This document shows, piece by piece, positions 37,359-45,503 of a stretch of DNA of 64,000 bases. Position 1 is the first letter of the stretch, and the number at the start of each line of letters is the position of its first letter. The DNA is taken from contig JAEWJI010000007.1 of the NCBI GenBank assembly GCA_023386645.1, positions 4,243-68,242 of the forward strand, written 5' to 3'. Below the pieces are notes generated by a model. It did not search any database, was not told the origin of the DNA, and saw only the letters and a list, made by a program, of their open reading frames with translations. This DNA is from Pseudomonadota bacterium (GTDB taxonomy: Bacteria > Pseudomonadota > Alphaproteobacteria > Caulobacterales > Caulobacteraceae). Made by a program: the position numbers and the translations under genes.

Positions 37359-38594
37359 TCAGCCGGCCAACCCCTCGATCTCGGCTCTGATGTGCGCAGC
37401 CTCGGCGGGGGTGTTGGCGAGGGAGACCGCGCGGTTGAAGGCCTCGCGGGCCTCGGCCGGCCGATCCAGCTGCTTGAGCAAAGCCCCCCTCAGGCCGTGG
37501 AAATAGAAGTAGCCGGGCAGGCGATCCGCCAGCGGCTCGACCATCTCCAGCGCCGCCTCCGGCCCCCGCGCCTTCATCACCGCCACGGCCCGGTTCAGGG
37601 TCACCACGGGCGACGGCTCCATCCGCTCCAGCGTTTCGTACAACCGCTCGATGCCGACCCAGTCGGTGTCTTCGGCTCGATCCGCCCGCGCGTGCAGGGC
37701 CGCGATCGCCGCCTGCACCTGGTAGGGTCCCGGCCGACGGTGACGCAGCGCCTTGTCGACCAGGGCCAGGCCCTCGGCGATGAGTTTGGGGTCCCACAGG
37801 CTCCGGTCCTGGGCGTCCAGCAGGACGACCGCGCCGTGCGCGTCGAACCGCGCCGCCGCGCGCGCATGCTGCAACAGCATCAGGGCGTTGAGGCCCAGGA
37901 TCTCCGGCTCGGCCGGGAACAGGCGCAGCAGCAGCCGCCCGAGGCGGATCGCCTCCTCCGCCAGCCCCTGACGGGCGCTCTCGCCCGCCGGGGCCGTATA
38001 GCCCTCGTTGAAAACCAGATAGATCATGGCCGCGACCGGCCCCAGACGCTCGATCCGCTCGACCGCGCCGGGCGTCTGGAACGGCAGGCCGGCGGCCGCG
38101 ACCCGCGTCTTGGCCCGGGTGATCCGCTGCTCCATCGCCGCCTCGGAGACCAGGAAGGCGCGGGCGATCTGACGGACGGTCAGTCCCGAGACGATCCGCA
38201 GCGCCAGCGCGATCTGCTGGGTCGCCGGCAGGTCCGGATGGCAGCAGACGAACAGCAGCCGCAGCACGTCGTCGCGGTAGTCCGCCTCGTCCAGACGCTC
38301 GGCCAGCGGCGCCTCGGCGTCTTCGAGGTCCGAGAGGCGGTCCTCATCGGGCAGGGCGTCCTCGCGCGCCCGGCGCCGCACCCCGTCCACCCCGGCGTTG
38401 CGGCCGACGAGGATCAGCCAGGCGGCCGGATCGCGCGGCGGCCCCTTTTGCGGCCAGGACTTGAGCGCCTTCAGGCAGGCCTCCTGATACGCCTCCTCTG
38501 CCAGGTCGAGGTCGCGGAAGTAGCGCAGCAGGGCGCCGACCGCCCGGGGCCGCGCGCCCGTCAGGGCTCCCTCGATCCAGCCCGCGTCGGTCAT
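37359..38594 (-). CDS. ECF-type RNA polymerase sigma factor with long C-terminal helical extension (ECF42-like)
   Basis: Sigma-2/sigma-4 regions in the first approximately 170 aa, then an approximately 240-aa TPR-like extension. The ATG overlaps the stop of the upstream YciI-like gene (ATGA). Confidence 0.85.
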   Translation of the reverse strand: MTDAGWIEGALTGARPRAVGALLRYFRDLDLAEEAYQEACLKALKSWPQKGPPRDPAAWLILVGRNAGVDGVRRRAREDALPDEDRLSDLEDAEAPLAERLDEADYRDDVLRLLFVCCHPDLPATQQIALALRIVSGLTVRQIARAFLVSEAAMEQRITRAKTRVAAAGLPFQTPGAVERIERLGPVAAMIYLVFNEGYTAPAGESARQGLAEEAIRLGRLLLRLFPAEPEILGLNALMLLQHARAAARFDAHGAVVLLDAQDRSLWDPKLIAEGLALVDKALRHRRPGPYQVQAAIAALHARADRAEDTDWVGIERLYETLERMEPSPVVTLNRAVAVMKARGPEAALEMVEPLADRLPGYFYFHGLRGALLKQLDRPAEAREAFNRAVSLANTPAEAAHIRAEIEGLAG

Positions 38595-38977
38595 GCCGCG
38601 CCGGCGTCCTCGCCCAGCCGGTTGTCATGGAAAAGGGCCAGGGGCCTGAGCTCGAAGGCGCCCGGCGACCCTGACGCGGCGGCCAGGTCGCGCGCGACCA
38701 TGAGCGCCTCGTCCAGGTCTTCGCAGTCGACGACATAGAAGCCCAGCAGCTGCTCCTTGGTCTCCGCGAACGGGCCGTCCAGCACCACGGGCTCCTTGCC
38801 CTTGCGGATCGTCGTCGCGGCCGTGGTCGGCAGCAGCCGCGCGACCGGCCCCAGCTTGCCGCGTGCGCGCAGGGGTTCCTGCACGGCCATCAGCCGCTCC
38901 ATCACCGCCGCGTCCTCGTCCTTGGACCAGGCGGCGACCACGTCCTCGCGGTCGTAGCAGAGTATGGCGTACAGCAT
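38591..38977 (-). CDS. YciI/DGPF-domain family protein
   Basis: 128 aa from ATG 38977 (MLYAILCYD...). DGPFAETKEQLLGFYVVDCEDLDEA is the DGPF motif. GGGAG RBS. Confidence 0.85.
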   Translation of the reverse strand: MLYAILCYDREDVVAAWSKDEDAAVMERLMAVQEPLRARGKLGPVARLLPTTAATTIRKGKEPVVLDGPFAETKEQLLGFYVVDCEDLDEALMVARDLAAASGSPGAFELRPLALFHDNRLGEDAGAA

Positions 38978-39128
38978 GGCCGAGGGCTCCCAATGTGAAT
39001 GAGACGACGCCTCAGGATGCGTGCCTCCGACAGAGCCCGCCAGGTATTTCACATCCGCGTGCCTCGTCCGGGCTCTTGCTTGTTCGCCGAACCGCAGTAG
39101 CGTCGGCGCCGAACCTCGGGAGGCGGCT

Positions 39129-39704
39129 TTGAAATCAGCGATTCTCGTCGGTACGGCGCTAGCGGGCGCGCTTTTCGCCACCTCGGCCATGGCGGCGTCC
39201 GACCTCAGCGTCACGGTTACGGATTCGCCCGATCCGGTGACGGCGGGCGACAACCTCACCTACTTGATCACCCTGACCAACAGCGGGCCGGACACCGCGA
39301 GCAGCGTCACGATGAGCCTCCCCCTGCCGGTTGGCACGACGTTCCTGTCTCTGTCGACTTCGGGCCTCTGGAACTGCACCACCCCCGCGGTCGGCGCCAC
39401 CGGCACGGTGACGTGCACGTCTCCCGCTGTCGCGGTCGGAGTCGAGGTCTTTACTCTGGTCAGCAACGTCGATGTGGCCTTGGCGGGGGGCACGGTCCTG
39501 TCGCTGACCGCCAGCGCCGCTTCCGCCGATGTCGATCCGAACCCCGGCAACGAGTCCGACACCGAGACGACCACGGTCGTGGCCGCACCCCCGCCCCCAC
39601 CGCCGGTCATCCCGACTCTAACCGAATGGGCGATGATCCTGCTCGGTGCGGGTCTGGCGGCCTTGGGTGGAGCGTTCGCCCTGCGTCGTCGCCACGCCGT
39701 CTAA
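39129..39704 (+). CDS. secreted DUF11-type repeat protein with IPTL-CTERM tail
   Basis: TTG 39129 lies 6 nt after GGGAGG and gives the signal peptide (M)KSAILVGTALAGALFATSAMA. DLSVTVTDSPDPVTAGDNLTYLITLTNSGPDTA is the DUF11 repeat. Tail PPPVIPTLTEWAMILLGAGLAALGGAFALRRRHAV. Confidence 0.75.
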   Translation: MKSAILVGTALAGALFATSAMAASDLSVTVTDSPDPVTAGDNLTYLITLTNSGPDTASSVTMSLPLPVGTTFLSLSTSGLWNCTTPAVGATGTVTCTSPAVAVGVEVFTLVSNVDVALAGGTVLSLTASAASADVDPNPGNESDTETTTVVAAPPPPPPVIPTLTEWAMILLGAGLAALGGAFALRRRHAV

Positions 39705-39714
39705 AGGCGGCGGC

Positions 39715-40092
39715 CTAGGCCGCCAGCCGGCCCCAGACCGCCTTATCGGCGGCGACGGCGTCCAGCCGGCCCCGGCCGGCGCGGGCGCTGAGCTGTTTCA
39801 GCACCGTCGTCGGCAGGGCGCAGAACTGCGGCTCGACAAGTTCGGGCGCGCAGTCCTTGGCCGGGGCGGCGAACAGGGCGGCGTTCACCTCCGGGTCGCG
39901 GTCGGCGATCAGCCAGGCCAGACGGCGCGCCCGCTCCGGATCGTTCCTGTGCAGCTGCGGGTCCTCGGCGAACAGCTCGCAGCCCAGTTCCAGCACATAG
40001 TCGAAGCCCAGCTTGCCGAACCGGCGCGCGTCCGCGGGCGAGGCCTTCGCCTCGTCCAGATCGAACACCACGTCGTTCAGCAGGAACAGCAT
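39715..40092 (-). CDS. hypothetical protein
   Basis: 125 aa (MLFLLNDVVFDLDEAK...). Coding-like composition. No family recognised. Confidence 0.55.
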   Translation of the reverse strand: MLFLLNDVVFDLDEAKASPADARRFGKLGFDYVLELGCELFAEDPQLHRNDPERARRLAWLIADRDPEVNAALFAAPAKDCAPELVEPQFCALPTTVLKQLSARAGRGRLDAVAADKAVWGRLAA

Positions 40093-40200
40093 GCGAAGAC
40101 ACCCACCACCGCCGGGCTCATCACGGCCCGTTCGAAGGTCACCCTAGGCGCCACCGTTTGCATTCGCGTTCACGGGCAGGGTTAGCGGGGGGTGAAGGGG

Positions 40201-40248
40201 GAGGGTCGAGGGTCGAGGGACTAGGGACTAGGGACTAGGGACTAGGGG
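40201..40248. repeat. tandem heptamer array (gagggtc x2.7, actaggg x4)
   Basis: gagggtcgagggtcgaggg followed by actagggactagggactagggactagggg. On the minus strand it encodes the last residues and the TAG stop of the four-helix-bundle gene. Confidence 0.9.
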
Positions 40249-40632
40249 CTGCCCCGGCTGATCCAGGCGCTGCTTCAATCTGGTCAGCATGCGGCTGAGT
40301 TCATCGGCGTTGTTCAGCGCGGCGGCGATCCAAGCCTCAGATACGTGGCCGACACGGGCGGCGAGGTGAAGGAACGTCTCCGTTTCGGCAAGTGAGCCAC
40401 GAGCTATTCCGACGAAGCGTGCGTAGTCCTTTCGAGTGCCTCGCTGGTATCCTTCCGCTATGTTTGCCGGCACCGAAGCTACGCAGCGTTGAAGTTGACT
40501 GGTCATGCCGAACTTCTCGTTCGGAGGAAGCTCGGCCGCCACGGCATAGACTTCCACGGCGAGGTCCATCGCTCGGTTCCAGACCTGCAGCGCAGTGTAC
40601 CCCCTCGCATCCCCTCGCCCCTCGACCCTCAC
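40228..40632 (-). CDS. four-helix-bundle protein (23S rRNA intervening-sequence protein family)
   Basis: LQVWNRAMDLAVEVYAVAAELPPNEKFGMTSQLQRCVASVPANIAEGYQRGTRKDYARFVGIARGSLAETETFLHLA is the family signature. GTG 40632 overlaps the upstream TGA (GTGA). ATG 40569 would truncate helix 1. Confidence 0.8.
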   Translation of the reverse strand: MRVEGRGDARGYTALQVWNRAMDLAVEVYAVAAELPPNEKFGMTSQLQRCVASVPANIAEGYQRGTRKDYARFVGIARGSLAETETFLHLAARVGHVSEAWIAAALNNADELSRMLTRLKQRLDQPGQPLVPSP

Positions 40633-40647
40633 CCCTCGACCCTCTCC
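40601..40647. repeat. tandem 14-bp repeat array complementary to 40201..40219
   Basis: The plus strand reads cccctcgcatcccctcgcccctcgaccctcacccctcgaccctctcc. It contains ccctcgaccctc twice (40619 and 40633), the exact complement of gagggtcgaggg at 40201 and 40208. Confidence 0.9.
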
Positions 40648-40958
40648 GTGATGAAATGCCGCCCCTGACGGTCCTCGATCTCCACGACCCAGATGTCCGG
40701 ATCGTATCCCCGCTGCCGTTCCACATAGGCGTCGAGCTCCGCCTCGAACTCGCTCTCCACCGGTTGCATCCATAGGCGCTCGCCGTCCCGACCGAACGCC
40801 TCGACATAGAGCCGGGCGCGCCGGGTGGACGTGTCGAACACCTTTACGATGACCGTCCCGGCGCGGGCGTCGCCCTTTCGGACGACCACGGCGTTGGCCC
40901 CGCCGATCTCGGCGCGGCGGATGAGGGCGGAGACCCACAGGTCGCTCGACAGCAGCAA
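40629..40958 (-). CDS. DUF1491 family protein
   Basis: SSDLWVSALIRRAEIGGANAVVVRKGDARAGTVIVKV is DUF1491-like. There is no nearby in-frame ATG. TTG 40958 was chosen, so the start is uncertain. Confidence 0.65.
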   Translation of the reverse strand: MLLSSDLWVSALIRRAEIGGANAVVVRKGDARAGTVIVKVFDTSTRRARLYVEAFGRDGERLWMQPVESEFEAELDAYVERQRGYDPDIWVVEIEDRQGRHFITERVEG

Positions 40959-41015
40959 ATGGGTAACCCTGATTGCAAACCGGACCGCAGGGCGTTGGCG
41001 CCTAGGGTCGGGGCC

Positions 41016-41861
41016 ATGAGGATAGGCCGAACCGCCCGCGCCGTCATCGCCGCCTGTTCGGGCGCCGCCAGCCTGTTGGCCGCGCCGGCGAGCGCGGGCG
41101 ATATCGACAGCCGGCTCTACGAGCGCAGCTTCATGCTGGCGGCGCACCAGAGGTGCGGCCTGTTCGACGCGCGGCTGGCCCAAGCGCTCGGGGTCGCAGC
41201 GCTCCAGGCCCGGGGGGCCGCCCTGCTGCATGGCCGGCCCGAGGCGGAGGTGACGGCGACCGCTGTCCGCGCCCGCGCCCAGGCGGGTCGGACAACCTGC
41301 CGCAATCCAGACCTCGCCGTCGCCCGCGACCGGGTGAAATCGGCCTTCGACGGGCTGTTGAAGACCCCCCGCATGACCTTCCCCGGCGCGCGCCGGGAGT
41401 GGCGGGCGGATCGATATGCGCGGCCGATCTCCGGCTGGCGGCTGATGCAGGCGTCCTCCGTCGGCGCCTCGCCGGTGACGCTGGGGATGGGCGAGGAGGG
41501 CGGGCTTTCCGCCGTCGTCTCCTGGGACGGCCGCCCGCGTCCCTACGCCGCCCGGATCGTCGCCCGCGACACCGCCCGCGACGCGCGCCCGTGGCTGGCC
41601 GAACCCAACGCTCGCGCGCCCCGACAGGCCGTCTGGGCCTCATCCTGGCGCCCGGCGCCGGCGAAGCAGCTGGTTCAGGGCCGCCGCACCGGCGAGGCCT
41701 GGATGTTCCCGGTCTCCGCCGCCGACGCCATCGCCGCGCTCGACCCGCGCGAGACCTTCACGGTCGAGTTCATCTTCCGCGACGACAGCATCGCCCGCGT
41801 CCGCTTCGAAGCCGGCGACTTCGCCGCCGCCCGCGCCTTCGTGGGCCTGGGCGTGGTGTAG
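41016..41861 (+). CDS. secreted hypothetical protein
   Basis: ATG 41016 gives the signal peptide MRIGRTARAVIAACSGAASLLAAPASA. No family recognised. Confidence 0.55.
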   Translation: MRIGRTARAVIAACSGAASLLAAPASAGDIDSRLYERSFMLAAHQRCGLFDARLAQALGVAALQARGAALLHGRPEAEVTATAVRARAQAGRTTCRNPDLAVARDRVKSAFDGLLKTPRMTFPGARREWRADRYARPISGWRLMQASSVGASPVTLGMGEEGGLSAVVSWDGRPRPYAARIVARDTARDARPWLAEPNARAPRQAVWASSWRPAPAKQLVQGRRTGEAWMFPVSAADAIAALDPRETFTVEFIFRDDSIARVRFEAGDFAAARAFVGLGVV

Positions 41862-41868
41862 TTCCTTC

Positions 41869-41895
41869 TCCTCCCCCGTTAAGAACGGGGGAGGA
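41869..41895. terminator. 12-bp hairpin between convergent genes
   Basis: tcctcccccgtt-aag-aacgggggagga between stops at 41861 and 41906. Confidence 0.5.
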
Positions 41896-41905
41896 TAGAG
41901 CAGCT

Positions 41906-43579
41906 TCACCCCTTGCCGGCGTTCAGCGGGATGATCTCCGCCCCGCCCGTGGGGACCGAGGGCTTATCGACGACGACGACCGGCATGCGCACCGTCACCG
42001 CAGCGCCTTCGCCGAGCGTGCTGTCGATCGTCAGCCGTCCGCCGTGCAGCTCGGCCAGCGCCCGCACCAGCGACAGGCCCAGGCCCGTGCCTTGCGCCCT
42101 CTGCTCGGCCCCGCCGGCCTGTTCAAACGGGCGTCCAAGGCGGCGCAGGTCCTCGGGGGCGATGCCCACGCCGGTGTCGGAGACGACCAGCTCCAGATAG
42201 GGCCCGATGGCCTCCAGCGTCACCGTGACCGACCCTCCGGCGGGCGTGAACTTGATGGCGTTCGACAGCAGGTTCAGGGCGATCTGCTTGAGGGCCCGAC
42301 GGTCGGCGTCGACCGGGATCGGCTCGCCGGGCAGGACGCTGGCCAGGGCCACGCCCTTGTCGTCGGCCGACAGCCGCACCAGGGCCACCGCGGCCGAGAC
42401 CACGTCGCGGGCGTCCAGCCGTTCGCGGCTCAGCTGATACCGCTCGGCCTCGATCTTCGACACGTCCAGCACGTCGTTGATCAGGGCCAGCAGGTGGCCG
42501 CCGGCCTCGTGGATCGAGGCGGCGTATTCGGCGTAGCGGTCAGGCAGGGGGCCGAACAGCCGCTGGCGCATGATGTCGGCGAAGCCCAGCACCGCGTTCA
42601 GCGGCGTGCGCAGCTCGTGGCTCATGTTCGCCAGGAAGCGGGTCTTGCCGGCGTTCTGGGCCTCGGCCTCGGCTCGGGCGGTCTCCAGCTCGACCTCGCG
42701 CGCGTACTGGGCGGTGCCGTCGAAGGCCTGGACGATGATCCGGTCGCCGTGGGCCGGGTCGTCCAGCCGGCGCAGGATCAATTGGATCCGGCGGTCCAGC
42801 GCCGCGCGCGGCGCGAACAGGGCCTGGGCCTCCTGGCCGGCCAGCGCCCGGTCGAGCGCCGACAGCACCGCGGGCCGGTCCGGCGCATGCACCGCCGCGA
42901 TCAGCCCAGCCTCGAACAGCGGGTCGACCGCGAGCGCCGCCGGGGCCGCGCCATAGGCCGCCAGCACCCGGCCGGAGGGTTCCAGCACCAGGGTCAGGCC
43001 GGGCTGGCCGGTGACCAGGGCTGACAGCCGCGCCGTCTCCTCCTCGGCCGAGCGGACGCGGGCGTCGCGATCCCGCCAGGTCAGCTCCACGGCCGCCGCC
43101 GCCGCGCCCGCGACCAGGACGGCGAGCGCGGTCGACAGCAGGGCCAGATGCGGGCCGGGCCCGGCGACAAGGGCCGAGATCAATCCGCTCAGCGCCGCGA
43201 AGCCGCTGGTCGCGCCTCCGATCAGGGCCAGCCGTCGGCCGCCCAGCGCCAGCCCCGCCACGATCGGCATGAAGACGAAGGCCGTCAGGGATCCGGTCAG
43301 GCCTCCGGTCAGGACCAGGGCCGCGAACACCGCCACGCTCCAGAGCATCAGCCCCGCCATGCGCACGCCCGCGGAATCGCGCCACAGCAGGGTCAGGCCG
43401 CCGACGCCCGGCAGGATCATCAAGGCCAGGCCCAGCAGGGTCAGATCGGGCAGGCCCCGCCCCAGCCAGGCCGCCGCCAGGCCCAGCAGCGCCAGGCCGG
43501 CCGCCCAGCCCGCGTGCCAGGCGGCCAGGGCCGGGGCGTCGCGTCCGGTAGGCGCTAGGGGTGGGTGGGCCGGGGGCAA
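41906..43579 (-). CDS. multi-TM sensor histidine kinase (DivJ-like architecture)
   Basis: Five or six N-terminal TM helices and a PAS-like linker. H-box FLANMSHELRTPLNAVLGFADIM. N and G boxes are present and there is no receiver. The farthest start is TTG 43579, so the start is uncertain. Its position near sufE and the gafYZ-like genes recalls the Caulobacter divJ neighbourhood. Confidence 0.8.
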   Translation of the reverse strand: MPPAHPPLAPTGRDAPALAAWHAGWAAGLALLGLAAAWLGRGLPDLTLLGLALMILPGVGGLTLLWRDSAGVRMAGLMLWSVAVFAALVLTGGLTGSLTAFVFMPIVAGLALGGRRLALIGGATSGFAALSGLISALVAGPGPHLALLSTALAVLVAGAAAAAVELTWRDRDARVRSAEEETARLSALVTGQPGLTLVLEPSGRVLAAYGAAPAALAVDPLFEAGLIAAVHAPDRPAVLSALDRALAGQEAQALFAPRAALDRRIQLILRRLDDPAHGDRIIVQAFDGTAQYAREVELETARAEAEAQNAGKTRFLANMSHELRTPLNAVLGFADIMRQRLFGPLPDRYAEYAASIHEAGGHLLALINDVLDVSKIEAERYQLSRERLDARDVVSAAVALVRLSADDKGVALASVLPGEPIPVDADRRALKQIALNLLSNAIKFTPAGGSVTVTLEAIGPYLELVVSDTGVGIAPEDLRRLGRPFEQAGGAEQRAQGTGLGLSLVRALAELHGGRLTIDSTLGEGAAVTVRMPVVVVDKPSVPTGGAEIIPLNAGKG

Positions 43580-43765
43580 GCGGTTGTCCGGAATGATGAA
43601 CAGGGCCCGCGTGCGTCGCGCGCGCGGAGATCGAGCCTAGCCTTCCCGGCGAGTCGTCCAAAGGCTGCTCCCGCATGAGGCGAGCCCGCGCGGGGGGCGC
43701 GCGCGAAAAGCCTGGGGATCGACGCCGCCGTTGTCCTTAACCGGGACGAACTCTATCTGGCCGCG

Positions 43766-44191
43766 ATGACCGACGCCCGCCCGACCATCGACGAGACCCT
43801 CGAGGAACTGGCCGAGGATTTCGACCTGCTCGAGGACTGGGAGCAGCGGATCGGCTACGTCATCGACCTGGGTCGTGCCCTGGAGCCTCTGCCCGAGGCG
43901 GACCGGACCGAGGACAACAAGGTCCCGGGCTGCGCCGCCCAGGTCTGGCTCGCGGTCCGGCGCGACGGCGAGCGCCTGCGCTTCCTCGCCGATTCCGACA
44001 GCGCCCTGTCCAAGGGCAATATCGCTCTCCTGCTGAAGCTCTATTCCGACCGAGCCCCGGCCGAGATCCTGGCCTTCGACGCCCGAGCGGCGCTCGACCG
44101 CCTCGGCCTGCCCCAGGCCCTGACCCGCCAGCGCGCCAACGGCCTGAACGCCATGGTGGGCCGGATCCGGGAAGCGGCGCTGGCCGCCTAG
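43766..44191 (+). CDS. sufE: cysteine desulfuration protein SufE
   Basis: 141 aa. NKVPGCAAQVWL with the conserved persulfide Cys. SufE-like ends. Confidence 0.88.
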   Translation: MTDARPTIDETLEELAEDFDLLEDWEQRIGYVIDLGRALEPLPEADRTEDNKVPGCAAQVWLAVRRDGERLRFLADSDSALSKGNIALLLKLYSDRAPAEILAFDARAALDRLGLPQALTRQRANGLNAMVGRIREAALAA

Positions 44192-44213
44192 GTCTCGGCG
44201 GCTTTCCGCCACT

Positions 44214-44318
44214 CCCGTCGTCCCGACCCTGACCGAGTGGGCGATGATCGCCCTGGCCGGCCTGCTGGGCATGTTCGGGCTGTCATGCCTGATCGCGGGC
44301 TGCTCCCGAGAGGCCTGA
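44214..44318 (+). pseudogene. orphan IPTL-CTERM tail remnant (no passenger domain, no usable start)
   Basis: This frame reads PVVPTLTEWAMIALAGLLGMFGLSCLIAGCSREA then stop. Upstream in frame there is a TGA at 44145 and no ATG, GTG or TTG before the motif. It overlaps the sufE 3-prime end in another frame. Confidence 0.5.
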
Positions 44319-44327
44319 CGCGCGGCC

Positions 44328-44597
44328 TCAGCCCATGCCGTAGTGGGCCGCCAGCGCCCCCAGCGCCGCCTTCAGCCGCAGCTTGCCCTCCCGCCGCTTC
44401 AGGCCCAGCTGTCGTTCAGCCAGGGTCAGCGAGCTTTCGCGCAGACACACGGCCTCCAGCATCGGGGCCAGCCGGGGGCCGCAGGCGTCGAGCGCCCGCC
44501 GCACCCGCCGGCCCGCCGCCAGGGCCCGATCGGTCTGCTCCCTGCGGGCGCTTGAGCCGCCGCCCGGCCGGGGCAGGGCGTCCCAGCGCATGGTCAT
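44328..44597 (-). CDS. GafZ-like C-terminal part (DUF6456-type HTH)
   Basis: MTMRWDALPRP...LEAVCLRESSLTLAERQLGLKRREGKLRLKAALGALAAHYG. The ATG overlaps the TGA of the preceding ORF (ATGA). It may be the downstream half of a frameshifted gene. Confidence 0.6.
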   Translation of the reverse strand: MTMRWDALPRPGGGSSARREQTDRALAAGRRVRRALDACGPRLAPMLEAVCLRESSLTLAERQLGLKRREGKLRLKAALGALAAHYGMG

Positions 44598-45028
44598 GGA
44601 CGGCCCGTCTGGGCCTGCTCCCAGTCGGCGCGCAGCCGTTCGGCCGCCGCCACCTCGGCCGGTTCCAGCCAGGGGCGCCCGTCGAGTCCCTTGCGCCGCG
44701 CCAGCCACAGGACAGGCGACTGGCCAAGGTTGGCGGGCTTGAGCACGACGCGACCGTCCGCCTCCATCACCGCCTTCTCGCCCGGCTCGAACCCTGGCCG
44801 GCCGGCGGCGGGACCGTCCGCGACCGGCGCGCGCCCACGCCAACCGCCGGGCGTCGCGACAAGACCCGGAGATTCGAAAACCGCCTGGAAGGTCGCGGCA
44901 TCCAGTTCCAGCACCACCCGGCCGCGCCGATCCGGTGACAGCCGCAGGCGATAGACGTCCGGCCCGCCTTCGATCCAGGCCTCGCGCCGCGCCAGCAGGC
45001 TTCGCGCCCTCTCCACGCGCCGGCTCAT
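44594..45028 (-). CDS. GafZ-like N-terminal part
   Basis: 144 aa. NLGQSPVLWLARRKGLDGRPWLEPAEVAAAERLRADWE is the motif I associate with DUF6456/GafZ-type proteins. The ATG overlaps the stop of the upstream gene (ATGA). Confidence 0.62.
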   Translation of the reverse strand: MSRRVERARSLLARREAWIEGGPDVYRLRLSPDRRGRVVLELDAATFQAVFESPGLVATPGGWRGRAPVADGPAAGRPGFEPGEKAVMEADGRVVLKPANLGQSPVLWLARRKGLDGRPWLEPAEVAAAERLRADWEQAQTGRP

Positions 45029-45459
45029 GCGAGATCGAGCCTGGGCGTGTCGAACAGCTGGCGAGTGATGCCCTCCAGTTCGTCCAGCAGGCGGTCGACC
45101 TCGGGCCGGTCGCGCTCGTCCTCGGCCCAGCGACAGGCCTTGCCCGCCGTCGTCCGGTTCACCGCGAAGGCGTGGCTCACCCGCTCAAGCGCCCAGCCGT
45201 AGGCCACATGGGCCAGATACAGCGCCAGCCATCGCGCACGACAGACGGCCGGGCGCATCCGCCCGGGCAGGGTCATGGCCTCGGGCGGCACGCCGGTGCG
45301 GGCGGCGACGAGGCTCAAGGCCACCTGAGCCCGCAGGCGGTCCGGCTCGCTGGCCGGGGGTTGGTAAGGCTGGTTCACGAAAAGCTCCCGCTTGGCTGCG
45401 GCCCCCGCCGCAGCACCTAGGAACATAATCCTATCGACATGCGTCAAATGCGGTCGCAT
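45025..45459 (-). CDS. DnaA domain-IV-like HTH protein (GafY-like)
   Basis: RARWLALYLAHVAYGWALERVSHAFAVNRTTAGKACRWAE resembles the DnaA C-terminal DNA-binding helix-turn-helix. The first dozen codons have poor GC3, so ATG 45426 is an alternative start. Confidence 0.68.
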   Translation of the reverse strand: MRPHLTHVDRIMFLGAAAGAAAKRELFVNQPYQPPASEPDRLRAQVALSLVAARTGVPPEAMTLPGRMRPAVCRARWLALYLAHVAYGWALERVSHAFAVNRTTAGKACRWAEDERDRPEVDRLLDELEGITRQLFDTPRLDLA

Positions 45460-45503
45460 CGATCCAGCCCCAGCCGAATTTCCCCTCGGACGCGTTTTTT
45501 AGC

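Noticed and set aside
40201-40248. Tandem short repeats considered as a possible CRISPR or minisatellite
   Set aside because: The units are 7 bp with no spacers, and no cas genes are nearby. They are better explained as one arm of the inverted repeat pair around the four-helix-bundle gene.
44237-44938. 233-aa plus-strand ORF starting inside the orphan IPTL tail
   Set aside because: It is antisense to the gafZ-like ORFs, Pro/Arg/Ala-rich, and carries no motif.
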